Shown here piece after piece: positions 22,912-22,986 of a stretch of 22,986 bases of DNA. The notes beneath the pieces are model-generated. The model had not been told where the DNA came from. It ran no database searches and was given only the letters and a program-made list of their open reading frames with translations. Origin of the DNA: a virus. The translations under genes and the position numbers were made by a program. The DNA is taken from the IMG/VR virus record IMGVR_UViG_3300035694_000088; one strand, 5' to 3'. The first letter of the stretch is position 1, and each line of letters starts with the position of its first letter.

Positions 22912-22986
22912 ATGATTGACACCGCCGTCGACATCATCGCCCGCTCCTACCACTACGACGCCGACCACCGCGCCTACGTCAACGCG
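22912..22986 (+). CDS. hypothetical protein, partial (MIDTAVDIIARSYHY...)
   Basis: GGAGGT RBS; open to window end. Confidence 0.7.
   Translation, partial: MIDTAVDIIARSYHYDADHRAYVNA

Noticed and set aside
1-22986. tRNA or rRNA genes, transposases, phage structural genes
   Set aside because: No cloverleaf or T-loop context, DDE or recombinase motifs, or capsid/tail-like ORFs recognised by eye; a tRNAscan/HMM run is needed to exclude them fully.

Overview
High-GC actinobacterial mobile-element DNA, most likely a phage/prophage or large plasmid accessory region. No housekeeping, structural, integrase or replication gene was recognised. A leftward operon (<1-2618) diverges from an AT-richer intergenic region (2619-3170) that holds a 36-bp imperfect inverted repeat. 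About 60 short, mostly orphan genes follow on the + strand, usually joined by ATGA/GTGA overlaps, and many encode small membrane or Cys/His-rich proteins. Recognisable products are an HNH endonuclease, a DUF2269-like membrane protein, two lipoproteins and a truncated anti-sigma-D (RsdA-like) protein. The main signals are regulatory. (1) Ten copies of an extended -10 promoter fused to a conserved GTTCCGG box (GTGG-TANNNT-N6-YGTTCCGG) head the gene modules, and strand composition often flips from G/T-rich to C/A-rich at them. (2) Four SigD-type ECF promoter matches (GTAACR-N17-GA[T/C]) lie at gene starts, one directly upstream of the element's own sensor-less RsdA-like gene, suggesting a circuit that uses and then shuts off host SigD. 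(3) Three tandem genes share a C-terminal VTDAMVxAA module. All family assignments come from recalled motifs, not database searches.
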